NCBI GenBank assembly: GCA_965279375.1 | Contig: OZ257156.1 | Location: 3,520,001-3,584,000 of the forward strand | Direction: 5' to 3' | Length of the DNA stretch: 64,000 nucleotides | Source: Gemmatimonas sp. | Lineage (GTDB): Bacteria; Gemmatimonadota; Gemmatimonadetes; Gemmatimonadales; Gemmatimonadaceae | Notes under the pieces: generated by a model | What the model was told of the DNA's origin: nothing | Databases searched by the model: none | What the model saw: the letters and a program-made list of their open reading frames with translations, nothing else | Position numbers and translations under genes: made by a program | In this document: piece by piece, positions 29,714 to 41,241 of the stretch | Layout of the letters: every line of letters begins with the position of its first letter | Position numbering within the stretch: position 1 is the stretch's first letter

Positions 29714-31007
29714 GCGTTTTTCGCTGTCTCTCTGGTTGCGTCGTCATCGTGCGCGCGCGGCTGTCTTGCTCACCGCGTCTGTCGTCGCTGTTGCGGCCGG
29801 ATGCACGGAGTCCTTCGACGGCGGTGCGGCTTGCCCGTCCTTGTGCCCCAGCAAGCCCGTCGCGTTCAAGGACACCACCTTTGAAGCGGTGGTGCTGGAC
29901 ACGTCGATTGCCGGCTATCCGTCGCTCGGACTCTCGAGCACCCTGCTGCTCGCCAATCGACCGGACACCGTCGTGACGCGCGCCGTGCTGCGTTTTGACA
30001 TCCTTCCGACGGCGTTCAATCCCAATCGCGGCGCCGATACGGCCTCGATCACGGCGATCGATTCTGTGTTCTTGCGACTACCGCTCGACACGACCGGCCG
30101 CCGCGGCACGTCGAAGCTCACGCTCGACGTCTTCGACGTGGACACGACGGAAAGTGATTCCGTGCAGTCGGTGGTGAAGGGGCTCTTTCGTCCGAACCGG
30201 TTGATCAGTTCGTTCGACTTCACACCGTCCGCCACGACGGACACGCTCTTTGTGCCGCTCTCGCGCGCAGCGGTCCTCGCCAAGGTCGTGAACAAGTCGC
30301 GGCTCCGACTGGGACTGCAACTGCGCGGCGGGTCCGGGCAGTTGCGAATCGTGGCCTACTCACTGGGATCCGGCGCGCCGACGGTGTCCTTCGATCCGAG
30401 CTCCGACACCACGTACGCGCCGGCCACGCTGGTCACCAGCACGTCGCTCTCCTCGACCACGACGGACATCGCGCTGTCGTATCAGGTGTACGCGCTCGTC
30501 GACAAGGGATCGGCAGCGCCTGACGCATCCACGTTGATTGTCGGTGGCTATCCGGCGTATCGCAGCTACCTGCGCTTCAACGTGCCCAAGAGCATCACCG
30601 ATTCCTCCACGATCGTTCGCGCAGAAGTGTTGCTGACCCAGCGTCGCTCGACCTTCGGCAATGCCAACGACACCACGGCGATCGTGCCGTTGGTGCCAAC
30701 CACGACGACCGCGATCACCGATTTCCGCCGCATACTCGATCTCGCGGCGGAAGGAAGCTTCGCCTCGCTCGATACCACGCGGCTGGTGCCGAGTGACAGC
30801 GGCGTGCGCGCGTTGAACGTGTTGGCGCTTGTGCGTACCTGGCCGACCCTTCCGACCACGGTGCCGCGCGCGATCGCGTTCCGCATCAGCAAGGAAGGCG
30901 CGCAACCGGCCGAATTGCGCTTCTACTCCAGCAAGGCGACTCTCGCCGCGCTGCGTCCGCGTCTCCGCGTGACCTACCAACCTCGTACCGAGTTCGCGAT
31001 CCCGTGA
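29706..31007 (+). CDS. Uncharacterised beta-rich lipoprotein
   Basis: Basic N-terminus, hydrophobic stretch and lipobox AAGC, then CPSLCP. Ser/Thr-rich beta-strand sequence ending RPRLRVTY. The start overlaps the cdd stop by 8 nt. Confidence 0.7.
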   Translation: MPERFSLSLWLRRHRARAAVLLTASVVAVAAGCTESFDGGAACPSLCPSKPVAFKDTTFEAVVLDTSIAGYPSLGLSSTLLLANRPDTVVTRAVLRFDILPTAFNPNRGADTASITAIDSVFLRLPLDTTGRRGTSKLTLDVFDVDTTESDSVQSVVKGLFRPNRLISSFDFTPSATTDTLFVPLSRAAVLAKVVNKSRLRLGLQLRGGSGQLRIVAYSLGSGAPTVSFDPSSDTTYAPATLVTSTSLSSTTTDIALSYQVYALVDKGSAAPDASTLIVGGYPAYRSYLRFNVPKSITDSSTIVRAEVLLTQRRSTFGNANDTTAIVPLVPTTTTAITDFRRILDLAAEGSFASLDTTRLVPSDSGVRALNVLALVRTWPTLPTTVPRAIAFRISKEGAQPAELRFYSSKATLAALRPRLRVTYQPRTEFAIP

Positions 31008-32175
31008 CGATTCAGCAGCAGGACCGCGCTCGCGCTCGAAACCGTCGCGCCGCCCTCGCGGTGCTCGGCGGTCTGATGTTTCTCGGCCGCGCCGCGTCCG
31101 CACAGGGTACGCTCAGCGGCCTCGGATTCGGCTATCCGGTGGGCGGCACCAGCACGCGCTCGGCCGGTACCGCGGGCGCATTTGGCGAGTTCGATCCGCT
31201 CAGCCCGATCAACCCGGCCTCGCTCGGTGGCATCGAGCGCACGCTGATGGCGGCGCAGACCGAGCCTGAATTCCGTACCCTGCGCTTCGGCACAACGAAG
31301 GAAAGCACCACCGCGCAGCGCGTGCCGTTGCTGATGCTGATCTTTCCGGCGGGACGCGGCGTGGCGGTGTCGATGAGTGCCACGACGTTCCTTGATCGGA
31401 GCTACACCACGATCACCACGGGCTCAGTGGTGGTGGATGGACTGCCGGTTTCCACCAGCGATCGCAACGATGTGCGCGGATCGATGGGCGATCTGCGCGC
31501 GGCTGCAGGCTGGCGCATCAACGATCGTTTCAAGCTTGGCCTGGGCGGGCATCTGTTCACGGGCGACAATGTCGTCGCGCGACGCCGCACCTTCGCGGAC
31601 ACACTGGCGTTCGGCTCCGTCGAAGACTCGTCGCGCGTGACGTACTACGGCATGGCACTCTCCGTCGGCGGCGAAGTGCGCCTGGCCAAGGGCCTGTCCG
31701 CGCAAGCGTCCTATCGGGCGGGTGGTAGCCTCGACTCGCGCATTCGCGACACCGTGCGAAGTCAGGGTAGTGTGCCCGATCGCCGCGGCGTCTCGCTGCG
31801 TTACGACGGAATCACCGGCTCCACCTTCGCGGTCGGCGTCGAACAGTTGGCCTGGGCGCAGATGAAGGGATTGGGGTCGGAGCTGGTGCAGGCGCATGAT
31901 GCCACCAACATCCACGCCGGCGCCGAAGTCGCGGGGCCGCGTCTGCGCGGCTATCCGTTGCTGTTCCGCGTCGGCTACGCCAAGAACGAGCTCCCCTTCG
32001 GCGTGAACAGCCAGACGGTTGCCGAGACGCGCTTGAGCGGCGGCCTAGGTCTGCCGATCGCTCGCCAATTCGCGTCCATGGACTTCTCGATCCAGCGCGC
32101 CAATCGCACGCTGCGTGGTGGTGGTGCCAAGGAATCGGCGTGGCTGTTGGGCTTCGGCGTGCAGCTGCGCCCGTA

Positions 32176-32176
<1 letters not shown>
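31004..32176 (+). CDS. Outer-membrane beta-barrel, FadL/OmpP1-like hatch
   Basis: Signal peptide ending ASA-Q. Hatch-like GLGFG...TRSAGTAGA...NPASL. Alternating amphipathic strands to the C-terminus (WLLGFGVQLRP). Confidence 0.7.
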
Positions 32177-33594
<1,418 letters not shown>

Positions 33595-33683
33595 GCGCGC
33601 GGCCGCTTCACTGTCGCAACGAATCGCGACGCACGGAAACGTTTGGGTACAGAGGCACGCGACGCATCAGCACATGATGCAGC

Positions 33684-36092
33684 GTGCCTCTTCTCGTTCA
33701 CACAGTCGTCGCGTGGATCTCCGGACTCACGCTCGCCGCGCTCGCGTTCGGCGACGCCACCCGGTTGGCGATCACCCAGTCCGCGATGGCGCAGACCGGG
33801 GTCGCGCAGGCAGCCACGATGCACGCCACCGTCCCCTGGTGGAATCTCGCCGCGGGAGGCGTCGCCCTCATCGGCCTGCTCGGTGGCGCCCTCCGACTCA
33901 CGGGACGCGCGACTCCGCTCTCAGCACTCGCGCTCGTCACTGCCGCAGGAATGCTCGTCGGTCGAGCGTCTGCCACACAGCGCGCCACCTGTGCGTCACT
34001 CCTCGCGCAATCCGCCTCGCTGCAAATAGTGCTCGACGAACGCGTCGCTCCCCAGAGCCGCGCCACCGGCCAAACACTCGGCGACGGCGATCCAACGCTG
34101 CACTCAGCGATCGACCGCTGCAGAATAGCCGCCACCATTCGAGTGCGCTCCGGGACAGCGCCAGCCGGCGCCATCGCGACTCTCACCATCACCGAGACCA
34201 CTCGCACGACAGCACGAGGCATCCGCGTCACCGGCGATATAAACGACACGGGCAGGCGCGATCACCTCCGTCAGTGGCGCGGGCGCATCGGCGAACACAT
34301 CGACCGCCTCTACGGACAACACGCCCCGCTCGTCCGAGCACTGTTAATCGCCGACCAACACGCGATCGCCCCCGACATCCGCGATCGTTTCGCCGACGCC
34401 GGACTCGTACACATGCTCTCCATCTCCGGACTGCACGTGGCCATCATCGCCGAAGCGCTGCTCACCCTCGCCGTCGCCTGCCGCATCCCCAAACGAACGG
34501 CACAGCCGCTCGCGCTCTTGGCCGTGACGCTCTACGTCCTCATGCTCGGCGCGCCCCCGCCAGCCGTCCGCAGCGCCGTCATGCTCGCTACGGTCACCTT
34601 CACAGACCTTCTGCAGCGCCCCGTCCATCCCTGGACTGCACTCGCACTCGGCGCGGTCGTTCCCACCCTCGACCCCGCAGTGGTGGTCGACCTCGGCTGG
34701 CAACTCAGCGTCGGCGGCATGGCGTCGCTCGTCGCCGCACGAGCACTGCTCCGCCGTCTCCGCACGGTGGAGATCTCGAGTGTCGAACAGCGCGTCGCGC
34801 GCGCCGTACTTCGCCGGCTGAGAGAACTGCACGGGTGGCGCGCCACGCTGTTCCGAGAAATGGCGACGGGCGTCATCGCCACACTCGTCACCGCGCCGCT
34901 GGTGGCCTGGACCTTCGGTCGCGTCAGCATCATCGCGCCGCTCAGCAACCTCGTCGCGGGACCCGTCGTCGCGGTGCTGCAGCCCGCAATGTTCCTGTCG
35001 ATTCTCCTCATCCCCTGGTCGGCCGCCGCGTCGCTCGTCGCTGATGGGAGCGTGATCCCGCTCCGCGCACTCGATGTCGTCGCACGCCTCACCGCACGGG
35101 TGCCGCACGCCTCGCTCCACATCGCCCCGACACTCGTCGGCGCCACCCTCGCCGGCCTCGCCTCCATCGCCTTCGTGCGGGCCACTGCGGCCCGCCGGTG
35201 GACGCCATGGCTGGTTGCCGCGACCGGCGCACTCTCCTGCGCCACATGGCTGCCAAGACTCACACGCGGCACCGGCGCGCTCGAACTGCATCTGCTCGAC
35301 GTGGGCCAAGGGGACGCCATCGCCCTTCGCACCCCTAAAGGACGATGGGTGCTGGTCGACGCCGGACGCGTCTGGGACGGAGGCGATGCCGGCCGCCGAG
35401 TCGTCGTGCCGTATGTGCAACGACGGGGCGGGGACGTCGCAGCCTTCGTGATGTCGCACGCCCACGACGACCACATGGGCGGCGCCGCCAGCGTCGCCCA
35501 CGCGCTGCACCCGCGCCGCTGGTGGGAGCCGGCCTTTGTCAGCCCAAACCCGCACTATAGAGCGCTGCTGGAGGTGCTCCAACGCGCCCAGCTCACCTGG
35601 CAACGCGTCCACCCACACGACACGATGTCGCTCGACGGCGTGCAGTTCACTGTACTCGCTCCCGACTCCGTCTGGACGGCCGCACAACACGATGCCAACG
35701 AAACCTCCGTCGTGCTCCGCGTAGCATACGGCGAGGTAGCGTTCCTGCTCACCGGAGACGCAGAAGCCGCGGAGGAAGCTTGGCTGCTCGCGCACGCCGA
35801 TCCGCACGAGCTGCGCGCCGACGTGCTCAAACTCGGCCACCACGGCAGCAAGACCAGCTCGACCGCACCGTTCATCGACGCGGTTCGGCCCTCACTCGGC
35901 CTCGTCTCCGTCGGCGAGGACAACCGGTATGGCCATCCGTCACCGGAAGTACTCGGCGCTTTCGCCGAACGAGGCGTGCCGCTGCTACGAACCGATCGCG
36001 ACGGCGTCGTGGTCATTGCGACCAACGGGCACCAGATTCGAGTGGAGAGCGGAGGCGACAGCTGGCAACTGCTGCGTGCGGTAGCGAGATGA
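33684..36092 (+). CDS. comEC: DNA internalisation competence protein ComEC/Rec2
   Basis: GLVHMLSISGLHV, VRSAVM and GWQLS in the competence domain. Metallo-beta-lactamase domain with LDVGQGD, SHAHDDHMGG, LTGDAE, GHHGS, NRYGHP. Confidence 0.95.
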   Translation: MPLLVHTVVAWISGLTLAALAFGDATRLAITQSAMAQTGVAQAATMHATVPWWNLAAGGVALIGLLGGALRLTGRATPLSALALVTAAGMLVGRASATQRATCASLLAQSASLQIVLDERVAPQSRATGQTLGDGDPTLHSAIDRCRIAATIRVRSGTAPAGAIATLTITETTRTTARGIRVTGDINDTGRRDHLRQWRGRIGEHIDRLYGQHAPLVRALLIADQHAIAPDIRDRFADAGLVHMLSISGLHVAIIAEALLTLAVACRIPKRTAQPLALLAVTLYVLMLGAPPPAVRSAVMLATVTFTDLLQRPVHPWTALALGAVVPTLDPAVVVDLGWQLSVGGMASLVAARALLRRLRTVEISSVEQRVARAVLRRLRELHGWRATLFREMATGVIATLVTAPLVAWTFGRVSIIAPLSNLVAGPVVAVLQPAMFLSILLIPWSAAASLVADGSVIPLRALDVVARLTARVPHASLHIAPTLVGATLAGLASIAFVRATAARRWTPWLVAATGALSCATWLPRLTRGTGALELHLLDVGQGDAIALRTPKGRWVLVDAGRVWDGGDAGRRVVVPYVQRRGGDVAAFVMSHAHDDHMGGAASVAHALHPRRWWEPAFVSPNPHYRALLEVLQRAQLTWQRVHPHDTMSLDGVQFTVLAPDSVWTAAQHDANETSVVLRVAYGEVAFLLTGDAEAAEEAWLLAHADPHELRADVLKLGHHGSKTSSTAPFIDAVRPSLGLVSVGEDNRYGHPSPEVLGAFAERGVPLLRTDRDGVVVIATNGHQIRVESGGDSWQLLRAVAR

Positions 36093-36619
36093 TCGAGCGC
36101 GCGCTTTCGGTCGACGAGAGGTTGGACGAACGGAATGGCCATGCGTGCAGGAGCGGGGTGAACCGTGCGATGCGGATGATCTGGGAGTGGCTGATCGGAC
36201 GCCCGCTGGCGTTGCCCGATGCGTTGGTCGCGCGTCATCGCGCACTCGGGGATGCGCAATGGCGCTGCGGTGGTCTGCCTCCGCGAATCGGCGGCTGGGC
36301 ACTCGGCAGGCGCACCGTGCTCGGAATCGCGGTCGGGCGCACCGTCTTTCTCGCGCCCGAAGCGCAACTCGACGCGGGTTTGCTCTTGCACGAGGTTGCC
36401 CACGTTCATCAGTTTCAGCGCGTTAGCGGTTTCGTCGTGCGCTATCTCTGGGAAAGTGTGCGCCGTGGCTACGCGGCCAATCGCTTCGAACGAGAAGCCG
36501 ATGACTTTGCTGCGCGTGCGCTCCTGATCGACCCGCCGTATCCCGCCCAGTCCGCCAGCGCGCTTTCAACACTCGATTCGCGCGCAGGCATATCGGACAT
36601 CCCGTTCCGAGGAGTTTGA
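36089..36619 (+). CDS. DUF4157 (eCIS-core)-like HExxH zincin-like protein
   Basis: GIAVGRTVFL, LLLHEVAHVHQ, YAANRFEREA. Start is ATG 36089 (ATGA overlap with comEC), or 36158 or 36170. Confidence 0.7.
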   Translation: MIERALSVDERLDERNGHACRSGVNRAMRMIWEWLIGRPLALPDALVARHRALGDAQWRCGGLPPRIGGWALGRRTVLGIAVGRTVFLAPEAQLDAGLLLHEVAHVHQFQRVSGFVVRYLWESVRRGYAANRFEREADDFAARALLIDPPYPAQSASALSTLDSRAGISDIPFRGV

Positions 36620-37680
36620 CCGTGGTCAAGCACACCGCCACATCCGTCGTCACGATCGAGCGTTTCATCATCGAACAGGAGCGGGCGTTCCCGGAAGCGA
36701 CCGGTGAGCTGTCCGGCATCCTGTACGACATGGCGCTGGCCGGGAAAATGATCGCCAACAAGGTGCGCAGCGCCGGCCTTGCTGACATCCTCGGCGCAAC
36801 CAGCGACGTCAACGTGCAGGGCGAGGTCCAGCAGAAGCTCGACGTCATCGCCAACGAGATCATCGTCAAGGCGTTCGATCACGGCGGTCGCCTCTGCGCC
36901 ATGGCGTCGGAAGAAGAGCCGGACATCATTCATATCCCCGAAGGATTTCGGAACGGCAAGTACGTGCTGCTCTTCGATCCCCTCGACGGCTCGTCCAACA
37001 TCGACGTCAACGTGCCCGTGGGCACGATCTTCTCCGTGTATCGCAAGATCACGCGCGGAACGCGCGGCGAGATGGAAGACATGCTGCAGCCCGGACGTCG
37101 CCAGGTCGCGGCCGGCTATGTCATCTACGGCTCCAGCACCATGCTCGTCTACACGACGGGGCAGGGTGCGCACGGCTTCACGCTCGATCCGTCCATCGGC
37201 GAGTTCCTGCTCTCGCATCCCAACATCCGCATCCCCGACCGTGCGCGTTATCTCTCGGTCAACGATGCCTACGAGCAGGATTGGCCCGATCACACGCGCG
37301 CGCTCATGCGCCGCTACCGCGGCCTCGACGGCGTACGCAAGCCGCTCAATGTGCGCTACGTCGGCTCACTTGTCGCTGACTTCCATCGCAACCTCCTCGG
37401 CGGCGGCGTTTTTTGCTATCCGGCCAACGAAAAGGCACAGCGCGGCAAGCTGCGCCTGCTCTACGAGGCCAATCCGCTCGCGTTCATCGCAGAGCAGGCG
37501 GGCGGTCTCGCAACTGATGGACACCGTCGCGTGATGGATCTCGAAGCCACCGAACTGCACCAGCGCACGCCGCTCTACATCGGCAGCAAGGCCGAAGTGG
37601 AAACCGTCGCAGAGTTCGCGCCCGCCGAACCGCCCTACGCGAATTACCGACGTCGCGCCGTTGACGTCGCCTCTGCCTGA
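36616..37680 (+). CDS. fbp: Class 1 fructose-1,6-bisphosphatase
   Basis: NVQGEVQQKLD, ASEE, FDPLDGSSNID, RYVGSLVADFHR, GKLRLLYEANP. AGGAG SD at 36610; start is TTG 36616 or GTG 36622. Confidence 0.97.
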   Translation: MTVVKHTATSVVTIERFIIEQERAFPEATGELSGILYDMALAGKMIANKVRSAGLADILGATSDVNVQGEVQQKLDVIANEIIVKAFDHGGRLCAMASEEEPDIIHIPEGFRNGKYVLLFDPLDGSSNIDVNVPVGTIFSVYRKITRGTRGEMEDMLQPGRRQVAAGYVIYGSSTMLVYTTGQGAHGFTLDPSIGEFLLSHPNIRIPDRARYLSVNDAYEQDWPDHTRALMRRYRGLDGVRKPLNVRYVGSLVADFHRNLLGGGVFCYPANEKAQRGKLRLLYEANPLAFIAEQAGGLATDGHRRVMDLEATELHQRTPLYIGSKAEVETVAEFAPAEPPYANYRRRAVDVASA

Positions 37681-37740
37681 TGCATTGCAACATCGTGCGC
37701 GCGGTTCCGCTGCGCCGCACACATTCCTGATCGTCAACCA

Positions 37741-37771
37741 ACGGCGGCGTCGCGTACAGCGGCGCCGCCGT
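37741..37771. other. GC-rich hairpin between fbp and the mutase gene
   Basis: acggcggcgtcgc-gtaca-gcggcgccgccgt, 13 bp with one G-U pair and no T-tract. Confidence 0.45.
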
Positions 37772-37785
37772 CGCTAATATCCGGC

Positions 37786-39387
37786 ATGACTTCCACCGAA
37801 CGACTCTCTCCGTCTGGCATCCCCGTCCCCATCGTCGTGCGCCCCGGCGACAACACGGTCGACTACGCGCGCGACCTCGCCGATCCTGGTGTCTTCCCGT
37901 TCACGCGCGGTGTGCAGCCCACGATGTATCGCGGCCGCCTCTGGACCATGCGTCAGTACGCCGGCTTCGGTACGGCCAAGTCCACAAACGAGCGCTTCAA
38001 ACTGCTGCTCGACGCCGGACAAACGGGATTGTCGGTCGCCTTCGACCTGCCGACGCAGATGGGCATCGACTCCGATTCCCCGCGCGCGAGTGGCGAGGTC
38101 GGACGGGTTGGCGTGGCGATCGACACCGTAGAAGACATGCACGTCCTCCTCGACGGCATTCCGCTCGATCAGGTCTCCACCAGCATGACGATCAATGCGA
38201 CGGCGTCTACGCTGCTCGCGATGTACATCGTGGTGGCCGAGGAGCGGGGGATCGATCGCGCGAAGCTGTCGGGAACCGTGCAGAACGATATTCTCAAGGA
38301 GTACATCGCGCGCGGCACGTACATCTATCCGCCGGCGCCGTCGCTCGCGCTCACCGCCGAGATGTTCCGGTTCTGCGCCGCGGAAGTGCCGCTCTGGAAT
38401 CCGATCTCCATTTCGGGTTATCACATCCGCGAGGCCGGCTCCACCGCCGTGCAGGAGTTGGCGTTCACCTTCGCCGACGCGCTCGCGTACGTCCAACAGG
38501 CGGTCGATGCGGGACTCGCGGTCGATGCATTCGCTCCGCGCTTGTCGTTCTTCTTCGCCGCGCACAGCGATGTGTTCGAAGAGGTCGCCAAGTTCCGGGC
38601 GGCGCGACGCATGTGGGCGCGACTGATGCGCGAGCGCTTTGGCGCGAATGACAACAGCTGCCGCCTGCGCTTTCACACGCAGACCGGCGGCGTCACGCTC
38701 ACCGCCCAGCAACCGCTCAACAACGTGGTCCGCGTGACGCTGCAAGCGCTCGCCGCCGCGCTCGGCGGCACGCAGTCGCTGCACACCAACGGCTACGACG
38801 AAGCGCTGGCTTTGCCCACCGCCGAAGCGGCCACGCTCGCGCTCCGCACGCAGCAGATCGTCGGATTTGAGTCAGGAGTCACGCAGACCGTCGATCCGCT
38901 CGCAGGCAGCTGGTACGTCGAGCAGCTCACTGACGAAGTCGAAGCCCGTGCCCTCGAGCTCATCGCGCGTGTCGATGCGTTGGGAGGCGCGGCCGAAGCG
39001 ATTCGCGAAGGGTTCTTTCAGGAGGAGATCGGGCGCAGCGCCTACGCGCATCAGCTGCGTGTCGAAGCCGGCGAGACGGTGGTGGTGGGCGTCAACAAAT
39101 TCGGCGACGGACAGGATCCGCCGATCATTCCGGCGCCCAACTTCTCCGAACTCGAGCGCGGCCAGGTGGAGCAGCTTCGAAGCGTGAAGTCCGCGCGCGA
39201 TGCGGCAGCCGTCGAGCTGGCCTTGGCCGAGATTCGCAACGCGGCCGTCGAGTACTTGCCGTCGCACAGCGGTGCACGTTCTCCGCTCATGCCCATGATC
39301 ATCGACGCGGTGCGCGCGCGTGCCTCGGTCGGTGAAATCGCCGATGCGTTGGAGCGCCAGTGGGGACGGTATGTACCGGCTCTCTGA
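37786..39387 (+). CDS. Methylmalonyl-CoA mutase, substrate-binding (N-terminal) subunit only
   Basis: [61 protein letters not shown]. No DxHxxG B12-binding domain. Confidence 0.93.
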   Translation: MTSTERLSPSGIPVPIVVRPGDNTVDYARDLADPGVFPFTRGVQPTMYRGRLWTMRQYAGFGTAKSTNERFKLLLDAGQTGLSVAFDLPTQMGIDSDSPRASGEVGRVGVAIDTVEDMHVLLDGIPLDQVSTSMTINATASTLLAMYIVVAEERGIDRAKLSGTVQNDILKEYIARGTYIYPPAPSLALTAEMFRFCAAEVPLWNPISISGYHIREAGSTAVQELAFTFADALAYVQQAVDAGLAVDAFAPRLSFFFAAHSDVFEEVAKFRAARRMWARLMRERFGANDNSCRLRFHTQTGGVTLTAQQPLNNVVRVTLQALAAALGGTQSLHTNGYDEALALPTAEAATLALRTQQIVGFESGVTQTVDPLAGSWYVEQLTDEVEARALELIARVDALGGAAEAIREGFFQEEIGRSAYAHQLRVEAGETVVVGVNKFGDGQDPPIIPAPNFSELERGQVEQLRSVKSARDAAAVELALAEIRNAAVEYLPSHSGARSPLMPMIIDAVRARASVGEIADALERQWGRYVPAL

Positions 39388-39394
39388 CGACTGA

Positions 39395-40969
39395 ATGCAC
39401 CAGGCTCGCGTCGGCCAAGTGAAGAGACTCTCGCTCACGGCTCGGCTGACGATGCGTGGCCGTCGACGCGCGCTGCGCGTACTGCTGGTGAGCGTGGCGA
39501 TGAGCGCCTGGTCGACCGCGGGGGTGGCGCAGACAGCGACTCGTGGAGCAGGCGCCTCGCAGTCATCCGCGCGGCAGACCGATAGCGTCCCGGCCACCGC
39601 GGCGAAGGCATCGGCTCGCTCTCCCAAGTCGACGGACCCAAAGCCCCCCGCGCGACCCGACTTCAAGAATCTCCGGTTCGACGAGACATGGACGCGCGCC
39701 AATCGCACAGGGCACTGGGACGATGAGGTCAAGGCCATCGCGCTTGGCTCGAACGCGACGCTGACTCTGGGCGGACAAGTCCGGTGGCGCGAGGAGTTCG
39801 CCAAGGACTTCAATCTCTCATCGGTCAGCGACACGTACGCGCAGTCGCGCACGCTGCTCGACGCCGACCTGCAGGTCGGGAATCCCAAGCGCTGGCACGC
39901 ACGCGCCTACGGGGAATTCCGCGATGCACAGTCGTACGATCGCGACCTGCCCGGCGGCACGCGCGCGCAGGATGCCGATCGCGCGGACGTGCAGAATCTC
40001 TTCGTCGATGCCGCGTTCGGCCGGTCGTTCGTGCGCGTCGGCCGTCAGGAAATCGTCGCGGGACGCGAACGATTGATTGGCGTGCCTGACTGGTCCAACA
40101 CCCGACGCGGCATGCAAGGCGTTCGGAGCCAGTTCGTGCGCGGCAGCATTGCGCTCGACGCCATGGCGGTGCGGCCCGTCGTGGTGCGACTCGCGCAGGG
40201 CAACATCGGCGACACCACCACGCAGCTGCGCGTGCTTGCGTTGGGCAATGCCGCCGGCGCCAAGCCGGCGGCGCGTGGCCTGCCGGCCGTATGGCAGGCC
40301 TACGTGTACGAGCAGCAGATCGACGTCGCCACGCCCACGCGTCGCATCACGAGCGGCGGTCGAGTGGCGTGGACTTTGGGTGCCGCAAATGCCTCCCGTA
40401 GCTACACGCTGGAGGCGGAAGGCGCGCGGCAATCAGGATCGACCGGTGCGCGACAGCTGCGGGCTTGGTTCTGGACCGCCGAGGCGCAACTGCAGTGGCG
40501 TCGGGTGCGCGGGACGCCCACCGTGGCGCTTGGGCTTGAGGAGGCCAGTGGCGATGGCGACAGCAAGGACGCGAGACTCGAGGCGTTCAATACGCTGTAT
40601 GCTGCCGCGCACCAGCATGGCGGATTCGCGGACGTCTTCGGACGCACCAACGCGCGGGAGACGCACGTCATCTCCACGTGGGATCCCATTCGCAAGCTGA
40701 GTCTTCGGGGCGCGTGGCATCGCTTCGATCGGCTGCGGCTGGACGACGGCGTGTACAACAAGCAGAACGCAATCATGCGCGCCGCTTCCGGGTCGCGCGC
40801 ACGTCACGCGGGCGACGAGGTCGACCTCACAGGCACGTTCAACGCGACGCGACACCTGCGTCTGATCGCGGGACACGCCTGGGTCGCGCCGGGCGCCTTC
40901 ATGCGGACGACGCCGGGAGGTGCGCGTACCGAGCGTTGGGGATTCGTCGGGACCACATTCACGTTCTGA
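39395..40969 (+). CDS. Alginate export (AlgE-like) family outer-membrane protein
   Basis: Signal peptide, LRFDETW, RVGRQEI..GRERLIG, ASGDGD, GDEVDL and terminal Phe (TTFTF). Start may be ATG 39452. Confidence 0.8.
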   Translation: MHQARVGQVKRLSLTARLTMRGRRRALRVLLVSVAMSAWSTAGVAQTATRGAGASQSSARQTDSVPATAAKASARSPKSTDPKPPARPDFKNLRFDETWTRANRTGHWDDEVKAIALGSNATLTLGGQVRWREEFAKDFNLSSVSDTYAQSRTLLDADLQVGNPKRWHARAYGEFRDAQSYDRDLPGGTRAQDADRADVQNLFVDAAFGRSFVRVGRQEIVAGRERLIGVPDWSNTRRGMQGVRSQFVRGSIALDAMAVRPVVVRLAQGNIGDTTTQLRVLALGNAAGAKPAARGLPAVWQAYVYEQQIDVATPTRRITSGGRVAWTLGAANASRSYTLEAEGARQSGSTGARQLRAWFWTAEAQLQWRRVRGTPTVALGLEEASGDGDSKDARLEAFNTLYAAAHQHGGFADVFGRTNARETHVISTWDPIRKLSLRGAWHRFDRLRLDDGVYNKQNAIMRAASGSRARHAGDEVDLTGTFNATRHLRLIAGHAWVAPGAFMRTTPGGARTERWGFVGTTFTF

Positions 40970-41153
40970 TCGGCATTCGCAGGGACGCCCGCTGAGCCTG
41001 CTAGGTCTGGAGCTGGCTCGCTGCTCGATTGCCATCCGTCGTGTTGCGGCCACGGAACGGTTCGGCGTCGCACGCACGCCACAAGCAGTCGCGCGCGTTG
41101 CCGTGCGCACGCGGCAAGTCATTGGCACGGAAGTACATCGATCTCTGGGAATA

Positions 41154-41170
41154 TTGGCGCTGCTCTTGCG
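41154..41170 (+). promoter_or_regulatory. Sigma-54 (-24/-12) promoter
   Basis: TTGGCGC-TGCTC-TTGCG, with GG(41156-57)-N10-GC(41168-69), 71 nt before the PEP-CTERM ATG. Confidence 0.7.
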
Positions 41171-41241
41171 GTCCGTTACGGATGAGGGGCCGCGACCGTC
41201 GGCCGCTCGAGGGCGGCAGGGACCCACGTCAGGAGTCTTGA

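Noticed and set aside
36089..36619. eCIS or toxin locus suggested by the DUF4157-like domain
   Set aside because: No tube, sheath, baseplate, toxin or immunity genes are nearby.
37681..37785. Cobalamin riboswitch upstream of the mutase
   Set aside because: The region is only 105 bp, no B12-box was recognised, and the gene looks leaderless.
41122..41138. Second sigma-54-like TTGGCACG upstream of the PEP-CTERM gene
   Set aside because: It has no GC at the -12 position (reads CA).
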